From Escherichia phage vB_Eco_BCPEco_001, in sequence record PV295200.1: a stretch of DNA of 64,000 nt; one strand, 5' to 3'. Positions 1-10,386 of the stretch are shown here, one piece after another. The notes beneath the pieces are model-generated. The model saw nothing but the letters and a program-made list of their open reading frames with translations, did no database searches and was not told the origin of the DNA. Position 1 is the stretch's first letter; each line of letters starts with the position of its first letter. Position numbers and translations under genes: made by a program.

Positions 1-1145
1 AAAAATATGTTCAGCAAAGGGCGATGTTTAATGCTACGTCTAAAATAATCGAAATTCAAACTAATGCTGAGCTTCCTCCAGAAAAACGAAATAAGAAAAT
101 GCCGGATGTTGGTGCTATTCCTGACATTATGCGTCAAGCATTATCAATTTCATTTGATAGCTACGTTGGTCATGATTGGATGGATGACTATGAAGCACGT
201 TGGCTATCTTATATGAATAAAGCTCGTAAGGTTCCATTTAAACTCAGAATTCTAAACAAAATTACTAAAGGCGGAGCTGAGACTGGAACACTGAACGTTT
301 TAATGGCTGGCGTTAACGTTGGTAAATCATTAGGACTTTGTTCATTAGCAGCAGATTATTTGCAGCTTGGTCATAACGTTCTTTATATCTCCATGGAAAT
401 GGCAGAAGAAGTCTGTGCTAAACGTATTGATGCTAACATGCTCGATGTTTCTCTTGACGATATTGATGATGGGCATATTTCTTACGCTGAGTATAAAGGA
501 AAAATGGAAAAATGGCGTGAGAAATCTACTCTCGGTCGTTTAATCGTTAAACAGTATCCTACTGGTGGAGCAGACGCTAACACATTCAGGTCTCTCTTGA
601 ATGAATTGAAGCTCAAGAAGAATTTTGTTCCAACAATCATTATTGTCGACTATCTAGGTATTTGTAAATCTTGCCGCATTAGAGTTTATTCAGAAAATAG
701 TTACACAACTGTTAAAGCCATTGCAGAGGAATTGCGTGCTCTGGCTGTTGAAACCGAAACTGTTCTTTGGACTGCAGCACAGGTTGGTAAACAAGCTTGG
801 GACTCTTCCGATGTTAACATGAGCGATATTGCAGAATCTGCTGGTCTTCCAGCAACAGCTGATTTTATGCTTGCGGTCATTGAAACCGAGGAGCTAGCAG
901 CTGCTGAACAACAACTTATTAAGCAAATCAAATCACGATATGGTGATAAGAATAAGTGGAATAAGTTTTTGATGGGTGTTCAAAAAGGAAATCAAAAATG
1001 GGTAGAAATTGAACAAGATTCTACTCCAACTGAAGTGAGTGAAGTAGCAGGTTCACAACAGATTCAGGCTGAGCAGAATCGCTATCAAAGAAATGAATCC
1101 ACTCGAGCTCAGTTAGATGCTTTGGCAAATGAATTAAAATTTTAG
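1..1145 (+). CDS. 41: Replicative DNA helicase gp41, 5'-truncated by window edge (frame starts at nt 3)
   Basis: DnaB-family C-terminal domain, Walker A AGVNVGKS; position upstream of dmd/61 as in T4. Confidence 0.9.
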   Translation, partial: KYVQQRAMFNATSKIIEIQTNAELPPEKRNKKMPDVGAIPDIMRQALSISFDSYVGHDWMDDYEARWLSYMNKARKVPFKLRILNKITKGGAETGTLNVLMAGVNVGKSLGLCSLAADYLQLGHNVLYISMEMAEEVCAKRIDANMLDVSLDDIDDGHISYAEYKGKMEKWREKSTLGRLIVKQYPTGGADANTFRSLLNELKLKKNFVPTIIIVDYLGICKSCRIRVYSENSYTTVKAIAEELRALAVETETVLWTAAQVGKQAWDSSDVNMSDIAESAGLPATADFMLAVIETEELAAAEQQLIKQIKSRYGDKNKWNKFLMGVQKGNQKWVEIEQDSTPTEVSEVAGSQQIQAEQNRYQRNESTRAQLDALANELKF

Positions 1146-1175
1146 TTTACAAGCTGACAAGACTATGGTATAGTA
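1145..1175 (+). promoter_or_regulatory. T4-type early promoter
   Basis: GTTTAC -35, about 17 bp, TATGGTATAGT -10; -10 lies in loop of inverted repeat CAAGACTA/TAGTCTTG. Confidence 0.6.
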
Positions 1176-1203
1176 GTCTTGTTGGTTAAATGAGGAGATT
1201 GTT

Positions 1204-1386
1204 ATGGAATTGGTAAAGGTAGTTTTTATGGGGTGGTTTAAGAATGAAAGCATGTTTACTAAAGAAACCACAATGATGAAAGATGACGTTCAATGGGCTA
1301 CTACTCAATATGCTGAAGTTAATAAAGCATTAGTTAAAGCTTTCATTGATGACAAGAAAGTATGTGAAGTAGATTGCCGAGGATAA
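1204..1386 (+). CDS. dmd: Dmd, antitoxin against host RnlA/LsoA
   Basis: 60 aa as in T4 Dmd, immediately after gene 41; RBS GAGGAG. Confidence 0.7.
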   Translation: MELVKVVFMGWFKNESMFTKETTMMKDDVQWATTQYAEVNKALVKAFIDDKKVCEVDCRG

Positions 1387-1387
1387 T

Positions 1388-1645
1388 ATGCATATTGTTT
1401 TATTTAAACCTACTCCGTATAACGTCAGGAAAAATACTCAATTCAAAGCACTTATTGCAGATACGTGGGAATTGGTGCTAGATATTCCAGCAGAAGAAAG
1501 TCCTCCATTTGGTCGAGTGGAATTTATTAAGTTTGCTGTACGTCCTACGAAGAGGCAGATTCGTCAGTGTAAAAGGTATTTTCGTAAAATCGTCAAGTTA
1601 GAGAAACAGTTTGTAACATGTGATTATGCAGAAGTTTTAAAATAG
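1388..1645 (+). CDS. 61.4: 61.4-position small protein (85 aa); T4 61.4 has been reported as TifA, an inhibitor of ToxN (name from memory)
   Basis: Position and size; TAATATG-type junction with dmd. Confidence 0.5.
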   Translation: MHIVLFKPTPYNVRKNTQFKALIADTWELVLDIPAEESPPFGRVEFIKFAVRPTKRQIRQCKRYFRKIVKLEKQFVTCDYAEVLK

Positions 1646-1647
1646 CT

Positions 1648-1680
1648 GTTTACTTTTGTTGGAAATTGAGATACTATATA
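1648..1680 (+). promoter_or_regulatory. T4-type early promoter upstream of sp
   Basis: GTTTAC ... GATACTATAT. Confidence 0.6.
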
Positions 1681-1705
1681 AACATAAACTACTGAGGAGA
1701 TTATC

Positions 1706-1999
1706 ATGAAAAAATTTATTTTTGCTACAATTTTTACTTTGTCTTCTTGTGCTGCTCAGCCTGCTATGGCAGGATATGATAAAGATTTATGTGAATGGTC
1801 TATGACCGCAGATCAGACTGAAGTTGAAACTCAAATTGAAGCAGATATTATGAATATCGTTGAGCGCGATCGCCCCGAAATGAAAGCTGAAGTGCAAAAA
1901 CAGCTTAAGTCTGGTGGTGTAATGCAGTATAATTATGTTCTGTATTGCGATAAAAACTTTAATAATAAAAATATCATCGCTGAAGTGGTAGGTGAGTAA
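1706..1999 (+). CDS. sp: Spackle (Sp), periplasmic superinfection-exclusion protein / lysozyme inhibitor
   Basis: 97 aa, N-terminal signal peptide MKKFIFATIFTLSSCAAQPAMA, position between dmd and 61. Confidence 0.7.
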   Translation: MKKFIFATIFTLSSCAAQPAMAGYDKDLCEWSMTADQTEVETQIEADIMNIVERDRPEMKAEVQKQLKSGGVMQYNYVLYCDKNFNNKNIIAEVVGE

Positions 2000-2011
2000 T
2001 TAGAGGTTAAT

Positions 2012-2368
2012 ATGTATAGTTCTGAATTTTCATATTTAAAAATTGAAAAAATTTCATACGATTTTATAGATGAAAAGGTTTATTACAGTTTCCATGAACC
2101 ACGTTTTAATAGTGAGGTTGGGTTTATTGTAGTAAAAGACAATTTTATTTTAAAAATATATTCAGCATTAAAGGATTTTCATTACGAAAATATTAACCTA
2201 AAATTTAATAAAGAAAATGTTCGTAATTGCGCGGTAACAATTACAGGAAATAAAGGTACATGTGTTATGCTATCTGATGAAATTAATGATTTGCTAAATG
2301 ATGCAGAAAATATTACTGCACCATCTATTGATGACCAAATTTTTAATGCTTTTATGAATAGAGGTTAA
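2012..2368 (+). CDS. 61.2: 61.2-position protein (118 aa); possibly the anti-DarT factor AdfA reported for T-even phages (name from memory)
   Basis: Position, RBS GAGG. Confidence 0.5.
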   Translation: MYSSEFSYLKIEKISYDFIDEKVYYSFHEPRFNSEVGFIVVKDNFILKIYSALKDFHYENINLKFNKENVRNCAVTITGNKGTCVMLSDEINDLLNDAENITAPSIDDQIFNAFMNRG

Positions 2369-2369
2369 T

Positions 2370-2534
2370 ATGAAAACATATAAAGAATTTATCAAAGAAG
2401 ATATGGTTGCTGGAGATTCAGGTGGTAATCCTGAAAATATCTCTACTGGAACAACATCAGGTGCTGTAGTAAATAAAGGTCCTGAACAGATTCCTAAAAA
2501 GAAAAAAGAGGAATCTAAAGAAAAAGAAGAGTAA
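2370..2534 (+). CDS. 61.1: 61.1-position small acidic/lysine-rich protein (54 aa); not in ORF track (<60 aa)
   Basis: ATG at 2370 after GAGG RBS, ends TAA 2532-2534, fills gap before gene 61. Confidence 0.45.
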   Translation: MKTYKEFIKEDMVAGDSGGNPENISTGTTSGAVVNKGPEQIPKKKKEESKEKEE

Positions 2535-2536
2535 AA

Positions 2537-3565
2537 ATGTCATCAATACCTTGGATTGATAATGAGTTTGCGTATCGTGCATTAGCTCATTTACCTAAAT
2601 TCACACAAGTAAATAATAGTTCAACTTTTAAATTGCGGTTTAGATGCCCTGTTTGTGGAGATTCAAAAACCGACCAGAATAAAGCTCGTGGATGGTATTA
2701 TGGTGATAATAATGAAGGAAATATTCATTGTTATAACTGTAACTATCATGCACCAATAGGAATATATTTAAAGGAGTTTGAACCTGATTTATATCGTGAG
2801 TATATCTTTGAAATAAGAAAAGAAAAAGGTAAAAGTCGTCCAGTAGAAAAACCTAAAGAACTTCCTAAACATCCTGAGAAGAAAATAATTAAATCTCTTC
2901 CGTCATGTGTTAGATTAGATAAACTGGCGGAAGACCATCCAATTATAAAATACGTAAAAGCTCGTTGTATTCCAAAGGATAAATGGAAATATCTTTGGTT
3001 TACAACTGAATGGCCTAAATTAGTTAATAGCATAGCACCGGGAACATACAAAAAGGAAATTTCTGAGCCTCGTCTTGTTATTCCAATTTATAATGCTAAT
3101 GGAAAAGCTGAGTCTTTTCAAGGACGTGCATTAAAGAAAGATGCTCCTCAAAAATATATCACCATTAAAGCTTATCCTGAGGCAACAAAAATATATGGAG
3201 TCGAACGAGTTAAAGATGGCGATGTATATGTTCTAGAAGGACCTATAGATTCACTTTTTATTGAAAATGGTATAGCTATTACGGGTGGTCAATTAGACCT
3301 AGAAATTGTTCCATTTAAAGATAGACGCGTGTGGGTTTTAGATAATGAACCTCGTCACCCTGACACTATCAAGCGAATGACTAAATTAGTTGATGCAGGA
3401 GAAAGGGTTATGTTTTGGGATAAATCTCCCTGGAAATCAAAAGATGTTAATGATATGATTAGAAAGGAAGGTGCAACCCCTGAACAAATTATGGAATATA
3501 TGAAAAATAATATTGCCCAGGGGTTAATGGCTAAAATGCGGTTATCTAAATATGCCAAGATTTAA
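2537..3565 (+). CDS. 61: DNA primase gp61
   Basis: 342 aa as T4 gp61; Zn-ribbon CPVCGDS...CYNC; TOPRIM-like core. Confidence 0.93.
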   Translation: MSSIPWIDNEFAYRALAHLPKFTQVNNSSTFKLRFRCPVCGDSKTDQNKARGWYYGDNNEGNIHCYNCNYHAPIGIYLKEFEPDLYREYIFEIRKEKGKSRPVEKPKELPKHPEKKIIKSLPSCVRLDKLAEDHPIIKYVKARCIPKDKWKYLWFTTEWPKLVNSIAPGTYKKEISEPRLVIPIYNANGKAESFQGRALKKDAPQKYITIKAYPEATKIYGVERVKDGDVYVLEGPIDSLFIENGIAITGGQLDLEIVPFKDRRVWVLDNEPRHPDTIKRMTKLVDAGERVMFWDKSPWKSKDVNDMIRKEGATPEQIMEYMKNNIAQGLMAKMRLSKYAKI

Positions 3566-3762
3566 ATTAACCCAACTAAAGCAAATGCTAGATCTACGAA
3601 TGTATCAAGAGTAACTACTGGAATATTAACACCATGCGCAATTGCAATTGGTGATAAAATAAAGTTCCAGAGTAAAATTCCTACCATAGCAGAAATAGTA
3701 AAAGCTATACGTTTCTTATTACCTTTGATGGCATTAACAAGTGCCATTAATTTTTGTGCCAT
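3562..3762 (-). CDS. Hypothetical small membrane protein (66 aa, about 2 TM helices), convergent to gene 61
   Basis: Minus-strand ORF with strong SD AAGGAGG 4 nt before ATG; stop overlaps gene 61 stop; extended -10-like TGTGATAAT upstream on minus strand. Confidence 0.4.
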   Translation of the reverse strand: MAQKLMALVNAIKGNKKRIAFTISAMVGILLWNFILSPIAIAHGVNIPVVTLDTFVDLAFALVGLI

Positions 3763-3805
3763 ATGTCCTCCTTTAAATTAATATTATCACAAATTTCATA
3801 AATTT

Positions 3806-3838
3806 GTTTACTTTCTCAGCTTGTTATGGTATTATAAA
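3806..3838 (+). promoter_or_regulatory. T4-type early promoter upstream of 186-aa ORF
   Basis: GTTTAC ... TGGTATTATAAAAT. Confidence 0.65.
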
Positions 3839-3860
3839 ATAAATTGCTGAGGATGATATA

Positions 3861-5199
<1,339 letters not shown>

Positions 5200-5200
<1 letters not shown>

Positions 5201-5226
5201 TTGCTTACATATTCAAATGATATAAT
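5200..5226 (+). promoter_or_regulatory. Candidate MotA-dependent middle promoter upstream of gene 56
   Basis: MotA-box-like TTGCTTA, about 13 bp, TATAAT. Confidence 0.4.
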
Positions 5227-5260
5227 TATTTAACTTATTAATGAATTGAAAGGAAAAATA

Positions 5261-5779
5261 ATGGCTCACTTTAATGAATGCGCTCATTTGATCGAAGGTG
5301 TTGATAAAGCAACTCGTGCATATACTGAGAATATTATGCACAATATTGACCCATTGCAGGTTATGCTTGATATGCAGCGGTCTTTACAGATTCGTTTGGC
5401 TAATGATAAGCCAGAAACAAATCGTCATCCTGATTCACTTGAAACCGCAGGAGAAGTTCTTGCTTGGCTGCGAAACCAAGACGATTATATCGCAGACGAA
5501 ACTCGCGAGCTATATACTTCTCTTGGTGGTATGAGTAATGGTGAAAAAGAAGCTTCTGCTGTATGGAAACCTTGGAAGAAACGTTATTCTGAAATGCAAT
5601 CCAAGAAAATTCAAGATTTATCTCCTGAAGATCAACTTGAAATTAAATTTGAACTAATTGACCAATTTCACTTTTTCATGAATAAATTTATTGCTCTTGG
5701 AATGTCAGCTGAAGAAATCTTTAAACTTTATTATCTGAAAAATGCTGAAAACTTCGCTCGTCAAGATCGAGGTTATTAA
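5261..5779 (+). CDS. 56: dCTPase/dUTPase gp56
   Basis: N-terminus MAHFNECAHLIEG as T4 gp56; RBS AAGGAAA; ORF-track start 5246 is a TTG. Confidence 0.9.
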   Translation: MAHFNECAHLIEGVDKATRAYTENIMHNIDPLQVMLDMQRSLQIRLANDKPETNRHPDSLETAGEVLAWLRNQDDYIADETRELYTSLGGMSNGEKEASAVWKPWKKRYSEMQSKKIQDLSPEDQLEIKFELIDQFHFFMNKFIALGMSAEEIFKLYYLKNAENFARQDRGY

Positions 5780-5824
5780 TAGCTCGTTTAAATAAACGAC
5801 GACTTAAAAGCCGCGAGAATTTAT

Positions 5825-5832
5825 TATAAATA
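5825..5832 (+). promoter_or_regulatory. Late promoter (-10 TATAAATA) for soc
   Basis: Exact TATAAATA about 30 nt upstream of soc ATG. Confidence 0.65.
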
Positions 5833-5862
5833 ATCATGTAATTTAAATAAAAGGAGAATTAC

Positions 5863-6108
5863 ATGGCTAGTACTCGCGGTTATGTTAATATTAAAACATT
5901 TGAGCAAAAATTAGATGGAAATAAGAAAATTGAAGGAAAGGAAATTTCTGTAGCTTTCCCTCTTTATTCTGACGTTCATAAAATTTCTGGCGCTCATTAC
6001 CAGATATTCCCTTCAGAAAAAGCAGCATATTCTACAGTATATGAAGAAAATCAACGTAATGAATGGATTACTGCAAACGAAGATTTGTGGAAAGTAACTG
6101 GTGAATAA
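5863..6108 (+). CDS. soc: Small outer capsid protein Soc
   Basis: 80-81 aa, MASTRGYVNIKTFEQ... as T4 Soc; late promoter TATAAATA upstream. Confidence 0.85.
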   Translation: MASTRGYVNIKTFEQKLDGNKKIEGKEISVAFPLYSDVHKISGAHYQIFPSEKAAYSTVYEENQRNEWITANEDLWKVTGE

Positions 6109-6115
6109 ATTCAAG

Positions 6116-6139
6116 GACTCCTTCGGGAGTCCTTTTTCA
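6116..6139 (+). terminator. Intrinsic terminator / stabilising hairpin with UUCG tetraloop after soc
   Basis: GGACTCC-TTCG-GGAGTCC then TTTTT; identical copy at 60576. Confidence 0.7.
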
Positions 6140-6147
6140 TTTAAATG

Positions 6148-6177
6148 GTTTACATATCAAAATGAGTATGGTATAAT
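6148..6177 (+). promoter_or_regulatory. T4-type early promoter
   Basis: GTTTAC ... TGGTATAAT. Confidence 0.6.
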
Positions 6178-6203
6178 AGAATTATCTTATAGAGGAGAGC
6201 ACT

Positions 6204-6410
6204 ATGTTAAATCGTTGGATTAAACCAAATGAAGATTTAGATATTATTATTTCACGGCATGTAATGAAGAAATATGAATTGCAACCATGGTCTACAGAAG
6301 TTGTTGTGCATTCATTTATGATGTACGCAGATGGTTCTGTTGAATTTAACGCAGAGATTCGATATGATTATGGTGAGAAGCAGGTAGAATTCAAAAGAGG
6401 TTTTTTGTAA
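6204..6410 (+). CDS. Hypothetical protein (68 aa)
   Basis: ORF after early promoter; compact spacing. Confidence 0.45.
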   Translation: MLNRWIKPNEDLDIIISRHVMKKYELQPWSTEVVVHSFMMYADGSVEFNAEIRYDYGEKQVEFKRGFL

Positions 6411-6739
6411 TGTTTATCTTTAATTGGTTTAAAAATTTCTTTACAGATTTTTTCTCTACGACTCCTGGAGAAGGTGTAGTTCCTATTTCAAATGACTATC
6501 TTCCTTTAACTGTAGTTGAATATGTTTATATGGGAGATGGAACAGTAGAAGCAGTTACTATGACTTATGAAGAAGCCCAAGAATATTATAAAAATCCTTG
6601 GCGCTGGTCAACACCTACATCATCTAATACGCAGTCTAGTTCTGATTCATATGATACTAATGTTCCTGTTCATGTATGGACGGGCGATTCATGTGGAAGT
6701 TCTTGTGATTCTAGTTGTTCATCTACATCTTGTGATTGA
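6410..6739 (+). CDS. Hypothetical protein with Cys/Ser-rich C-terminal tail (109 aa)
   Basis: TAATG coupling to upstream ORF; tail [17 protein letters not shown]. Confidence 0.5.
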   Translation: MFIFNWFKNFFTDFFSTTPGEGVVPISNDYLPLTVVEYVYMGDGTVEAVTMTYEEAQEYYKNPWRWSTPTSSNTQSSSDSYDTNVPVHVWTGDSCGSSCDSSCSSTSCD

Positions 6740-6747
6740 GGAAAATT

Positions 6748-7233
6748 ATGGAAGCGATTTTGTTTGAAATGTATATTAGCAGTAATAGTTTGTCGTTTGC
6801 TAAAGACGTTCCAATTACCGTAGCAGTAATGATTGATAAGGGTTATTGTGACCCAATGTATCTCGTAGAAAATTTCGTTTCAATGCCAGTTCCAGAAGAT
6901 GCTGAAATAAAACTTAAAAAGATTGGTATTATTGAAACTGTACCAAATATTCCGTTTAGAGCAATTGAAGCATTTACTAAATCAGAATACATTAATGTTA
7001 GCGCAGAACAATATAATGATAAGCCTTTATCTTTTTATTCGTACGATTCAGTATATAGTTGGAAAATAGATAAAGGAAATAAATTTATAATTGCGAGTGA
7101 AGATGCTTTATCATACTTTATTTCTTCTGTATGGAATAGTTTACATCCAAATTTGCTCAAAATTCATGAATTTGATGATGCTCCTACTGTTGTTTTAGGT
7201 AAAATAAATGAAAGCTCTCAAGAAGATTCTTGA
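6748..7233 (+). CDS. Hypothetical protein (161 aa), mrh-region
   Basis: ATG with RBS GAGGAAA; ORF-track start 6736 is TTG. Confidence 0.5.
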   Translation: MEAILFEMYISSNSLSFAKDVPITVAVMIDKGYCDPMYLVENFVSMPVPEDAEIKLKKIGIIETVPNIPFRAIEAFTKSEYINVSAEQYNDKPLSFYSYDSVYSWKIDKGNKFIIASEDALSYFISSVWNSLHPNLLKIHEFDDAPTVVLGKINESSQEDS

Positions 7234-7411
7234 ATGGTTCAATAGACCAAACTCAATGTATATTGATGATGGTTGGGTTGAACAAGCAAATAAAGAAATG
7301 CAGAACGAATCGGAAGAATGGATGAAATCAATGATTAGCGCTGAGAAAGAAAAGAAATTAGAACGCTCAGCGCTTAAATTGATGAGAGACATCTATGGGG
7401 ATAAATCATGA
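7208..7411 (+). CDS. Hypothetical protein (67 aa)
   Basis: ORF overlapping the end of the previous gene. Confidence 0.35.
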   Translation: MKALKKILEWFNRPNSMYIDDGWVEQANKEMQNESEEWMKSMISAEKEKKLERSALKLMRDIYGDKS

Positions 7412-7572
7412 ACAAAGATATGACGTTAGAAGAGGCTAAAGCAAAAGCAAATGAAGCACTGGATTTGCTTCTTAAAATCGGCAGTAAAATGATGGAAGAA
7501 AATGAGAAATATATCCAGGAAAACAAAATTCCCGATGGTCCATTAGTAGGCAAAAGGAAATCACATGATTGA
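7408..7572 (+). CDS. Hypothetical small protein (54 aa); not in ORF track
   Basis: ATG 7408, overlaps next gene start (ATGATTGA). Confidence 0.35.
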   Translation: MNKDMTLEEAKAKANEALDLLLKIGSKMMEENEKYIQENKIPDGPLVGKRKSHD

Positions 7573-8035
7573 AGTAGCAAAACATTATTCAGTAGAATTC
7601 ATGTCTAAAGAAGGTAAATCAGTAAATACTCTTGGTAAAAAATGCTCATTAATTATTCCTTTAGCAGAAAATCCGGATATTTTAATTAAAGATATAAAAG
7701 AAAGAAAATATCCAGAAAATGTTATTCTAATTATAAAGCATACTGAAGATATTTTGCAGAATACAGATTCACCATTTTCTTCTTCTGAAGCTTTAACTAT
7801 TAAAGGCTATAAAAGAGCTCATGAATATGGTCTTTTTGACATGTTTGAAGACGATAAAGTTAAATTAGCGAGTCAACCTTCTAAAAGTAAAACATTCATT
7901 ATTGAAGATATTAAAGATATAAATGCATTTGTTAGGATGGTCTGGGCTCATTTTGATGTTGGACTACGCTGGAGAATGTCCGAAGAAGAAAGAAAGATTA
8001 TTGAAGCTAATCGTCAATTTGGTTTTTATCGCTAG
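7565..8035 (+). CDS. Hypothetical protein (156 aa)
   Basis: ORF, RBS, between soc and modB. Confidence 0.5.
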   Translation: MIEVAKHYSVEFMSKEGKSVNTLGKKCSLIIPLAENPDILIKDIKERKYPENVILIIKHTEDILQNTDSPFSSSEALTIKGYKRAHEYGLFDMFEDDKVKLASQPSKSKTFIIEDIKDINAFVRMVWAHFDVGLRWRMSEEERKIIEANRQFGFYR

Positions 8036-8043
8036 GAATTAAT

Positions 8044-8226
8044 ATGGATTTATTTGAGATGTTAGAAGATAATCATTCTACGAATAACCAGAATGATTCC
8101 AGTGATTATAAGAAAGAGTACCGTATAGTATTACAGAATTATGGAATTGAAGCCCCAGATGCTCTTCTAGAAGAACTAGCTTCATACCATCTTGACCCTC
8201 CGCCCTGGGCTCCCTGGGCAAAATAA
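8044..8226 (+). CDS. Hypothetical protein (60 aa)
   Basis: ORF with RBS AGGAAT. Confidence 0.4.
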   Translation: MDLFEMLEDNHSTNNQNDSSDYKKEYRIVLQNYGIEAPDALLEELASYHLDPPPWAPWAK

Positions 8227-8237
8227 TTCAAAAAGTT

Positions 8238-8270
8238 GTTTACTTTCCTTTCTAGCAATGATATGATAGC
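8238..8270 (+). promoter_or_regulatory. T4-type early promoter upstream of modB
   Basis: GTTTAC ... TGATATGATAG. Confidence 0.55.
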
Positions 8271-8293
8271 TTCTGAAGTATACGGAGGCTATC

Positions 8294-8917
8294 ATGATTA
8301 TTAATCTTGCAGATGTTGAACAGTTATCTATAAAAGCTGAAAGCGTTGATTTTCAATATGATATGTATAAAAAGGTCTGTGAAAAATTTACTGACTTTGA
8401 GCAGTCAATTCTTTGGCAGTGTATGGAAGCCAAAAAGAATGAAGCTCTTCATCAGCAGTTGAATAAAATCGTTAAAAAGCATTTAACTAAATCACCTTAT
8501 CAGTTATATCGTGGTATATCAAAATCAACAGAAGAACTTATTAAAGATTTACAAGTTGGAGAAGTGTTTTCAACGAATAGAGTAGATTCATTTACTACTA
8601 GTTTGCTCACAGCATGTGGTTTTTCTTATGTTGAGTATTTCACTGAAATAATTTTTCGCTTAAAAACTGATAAAGCTTTTAATTATTCTGACCATATCAG
8701 CGATATTATACTTTCTTCTCCTAATACTGAGTTTAAGTACACGTATGAAGATACTGATGGGCTAGATTCAGAGCGTACTGATAACTTAATGATGATTGTG
8801 CGTGAACAAGAATGGATGATTCCAATTGGAAAGTATAGAATAACTTCTATTTCAAAAGAAAAATTACACGATTCATTTGGAACATTTAAAGTATATGATA
8901 TTGAGGTAGTTGAATGA
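8294..8917 (+). CDS. modB: ADP-ribosyltransferase ModB
   Basis: 207 aa; R (LYRGI), STN and EQEWMIP motifs of R-S-E ADP-ribosyltransferases. Confidence 0.75.
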   Translation: MIINLADVEQLSIKAESVDFQYDMYKKVCEKFTDFEQSILWQCMEAKKNEALHQQLNKIVKKHLTKSPYQLYRGISKSTEELIKDLQVGEVFSTNRVDSFTTSLLTACGFSYVEYFTEIIFRLKTDKAFNYSDHISDIILSSPNTEFKYTYEDTDGLDSERTDNLMMIVREQEWMIPIGKYRITSISKEKLHDSFGTFKVYDIEVVE

Positions 8918-9516
8918 AATACTCAGTAATGCAACTAAAAGATTTTAAAATAAAATCAATGGATGCATCGGTGCGTGCTTCTATTCGTGAAGAATTACTT
9001 TCTGAAGGGTTTAATTTATCTGAAATTGAACTTTTAATTCATTGTATTACTAATAAACCAGATGACCATACTTGGTTAAATGAAATAATCAAATCTCGTT
9101 TGGAACCAAACGATAAACCTCTTTGGAGAGGTGTTCCAGCTGAGACTAAGCAAGTATTAAATCAAGGAATTGATATTATTACATTTGATAAAGTAGTATC
9201 AGCTTCATATGATAAAAATATAGCTCTACATTTTGCTTCCGGTTTAGAGTATAACACACAAGTTATTTTTGAATTCAAAGCTCCTATGGTATTCAATTTC
9301 CAGGAGTATGCTATAAAAGCTCTACGGTGCAAAGAATACAATCCAAACTTTAAGTTTCCGGATAGCCATCGTTATCGTAATATGGAATTAGTTTCAGATG
9401 AACAAGAAGTAATGATACCAGCTGGAAGTGTATTTAGAATTGCAGATAGATATGAGTACAAAAAGTATTCAACATACACTATCTATACTCTTGATTTTGA
9501 AGGATTTAATCTATAA
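8914..9516 (+). CDS. modA: ADP-ribosyltransferase ModA
   Basis: 200 aa; LWRGV, SAS, EQEVMIP motifs; paralog of ModB. Confidence 0.75.
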   Translation: MKYSVMQLKDFKIKSMDASVRASIREELLSEGFNLSEIELLIHCITNKPDDHTWLNEIIKSRLEPNDKPLWRGVPAETKQVLNQGIDIITFDKVVSASYDKNIALHFASGLEYNTQVIFEFKAPMVFNFQEYAIKALRCKEYNPNFKFPDSHRYRNMELVSDEQEVMIPAGSVFRIADRYEYKKYSTYTIYTLDFEGFNL

Positions 9517-9572
9517 TGGAAGGACTTAGATTCATTATACCATGAAAGTTTTAAAGCATTTTTCATAAAGTT

Positions 9573-9606
9573 GTTTACAAGTTAAAGTAAAAATGTTATA
9601 GTATAA
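9573..9606 (+). promoter_or_regulatory. T4-type early promoter upstream of srd
   Basis: GTTTAC ... TGTTATAGTAT. Confidence 0.55.
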
Positions 9607-9638
9607 GTAGTTAACCGTCCGTAAGATGTGAGAAAAAT

Positions 9639-10385
9639 ATGAAGCTGTCTAATAACCAAATTCGTAAAATTAAACGTCGTCTAGAGCATACTCAGGCATC
9701 TGCAAAAAGACGTTCTAAAGATTTTAACTTAGACTTCAATTACATTAAGAACATTTTAGATCAAAAAGTTTGTGCTTACTCGGGAGAACCTTTTGATAAT
9801 CGTATTGAAGGAGAGAAATTATCATTAGAACGTTTTGATAATAACGTTGGATACATTAAAGGGAATGTTATTGCAGTAAAGAAAAAGTATAATACATTTC
9901 GTTCTGATTATACTTTAGAGGAGTTGATTGAAAAGCGTGATTTATTTGCTTTGCGAATTGGTCGTTCATCTGCGAAAAAAGTTCATAAACTAAATTTAGA
10001 TGAAAAGAAATGGGCTAAAATCAAAAAGACTTATAATCAAATTAAAGCTATACAGAAAAAACGTGAAAACCGAATTGAACACATTTCTCAGCTTTCTAAA
10101 TCAAAACAGACATCTGACATTAAGCTAAGGATTATAGCACTCAAAGCTCGTATTGATGGTTCTCGCATAGCAGAAGGCGCTGAAGTTGTTAAATTGAACG
10201 TTCTTCTTAAAGGCTCGGATTGGAAAATTGTGAAAAAGTTGTCAGAAGCAGAAATGCAATATGATATGTGTGATAAAATTATTCAAGGTGTAGAGCGGTA
10301 TCAAAACTTGTCTTTTATTGATAAACTTAAACTGAAAAGAGGATACCCGCTAAATTGTTCAATTTTTAAACTTATCCGAGGATAA
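9639..10385 (+). CDS. srd: Srd-position protein (248 aa)
   Basis: Position between modA and dda.1; size. Confidence 0.5.
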   Translation: MKLSNNQIRKIKRRLEHTQASAKRRSKDFNLDFNYIKNILDQKVCAYSGEPFDNRIEGEKLSLERFDNNVGYIKGNVIAVKKKYNTFRSDYTLEELIEKRDLFALRIGRSSAKKVHKLNLDEKKWAKIKKTYNQIKAIQKKRENRIEHISQLSKSKQTSDIKLRIIALKARIDGSRIAEGAEVVKLNVLLKGSDWKIVKKLSEAEMQYDMCDKIIQGVERYQNLSFIDKLKLKRGYPLNCSIFKLIRG

Positions 10386-10386
10386 T

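Noticed and set aside
701-931. Antisense or alternative-frame ORFs embedded in well-supported genes (examples: 701-931, 2746-3051, 5298-5534, 16085-16495, 21015-21377, 31381-31623, 32512-32820, 33630-34100, 38204-38446, 42462-42941, 48586-48807)
   Set aside because: No RBS, lie entirely within conserved phage genes on the other strand or frame, low-complexity translations; treated as chance ORFs.
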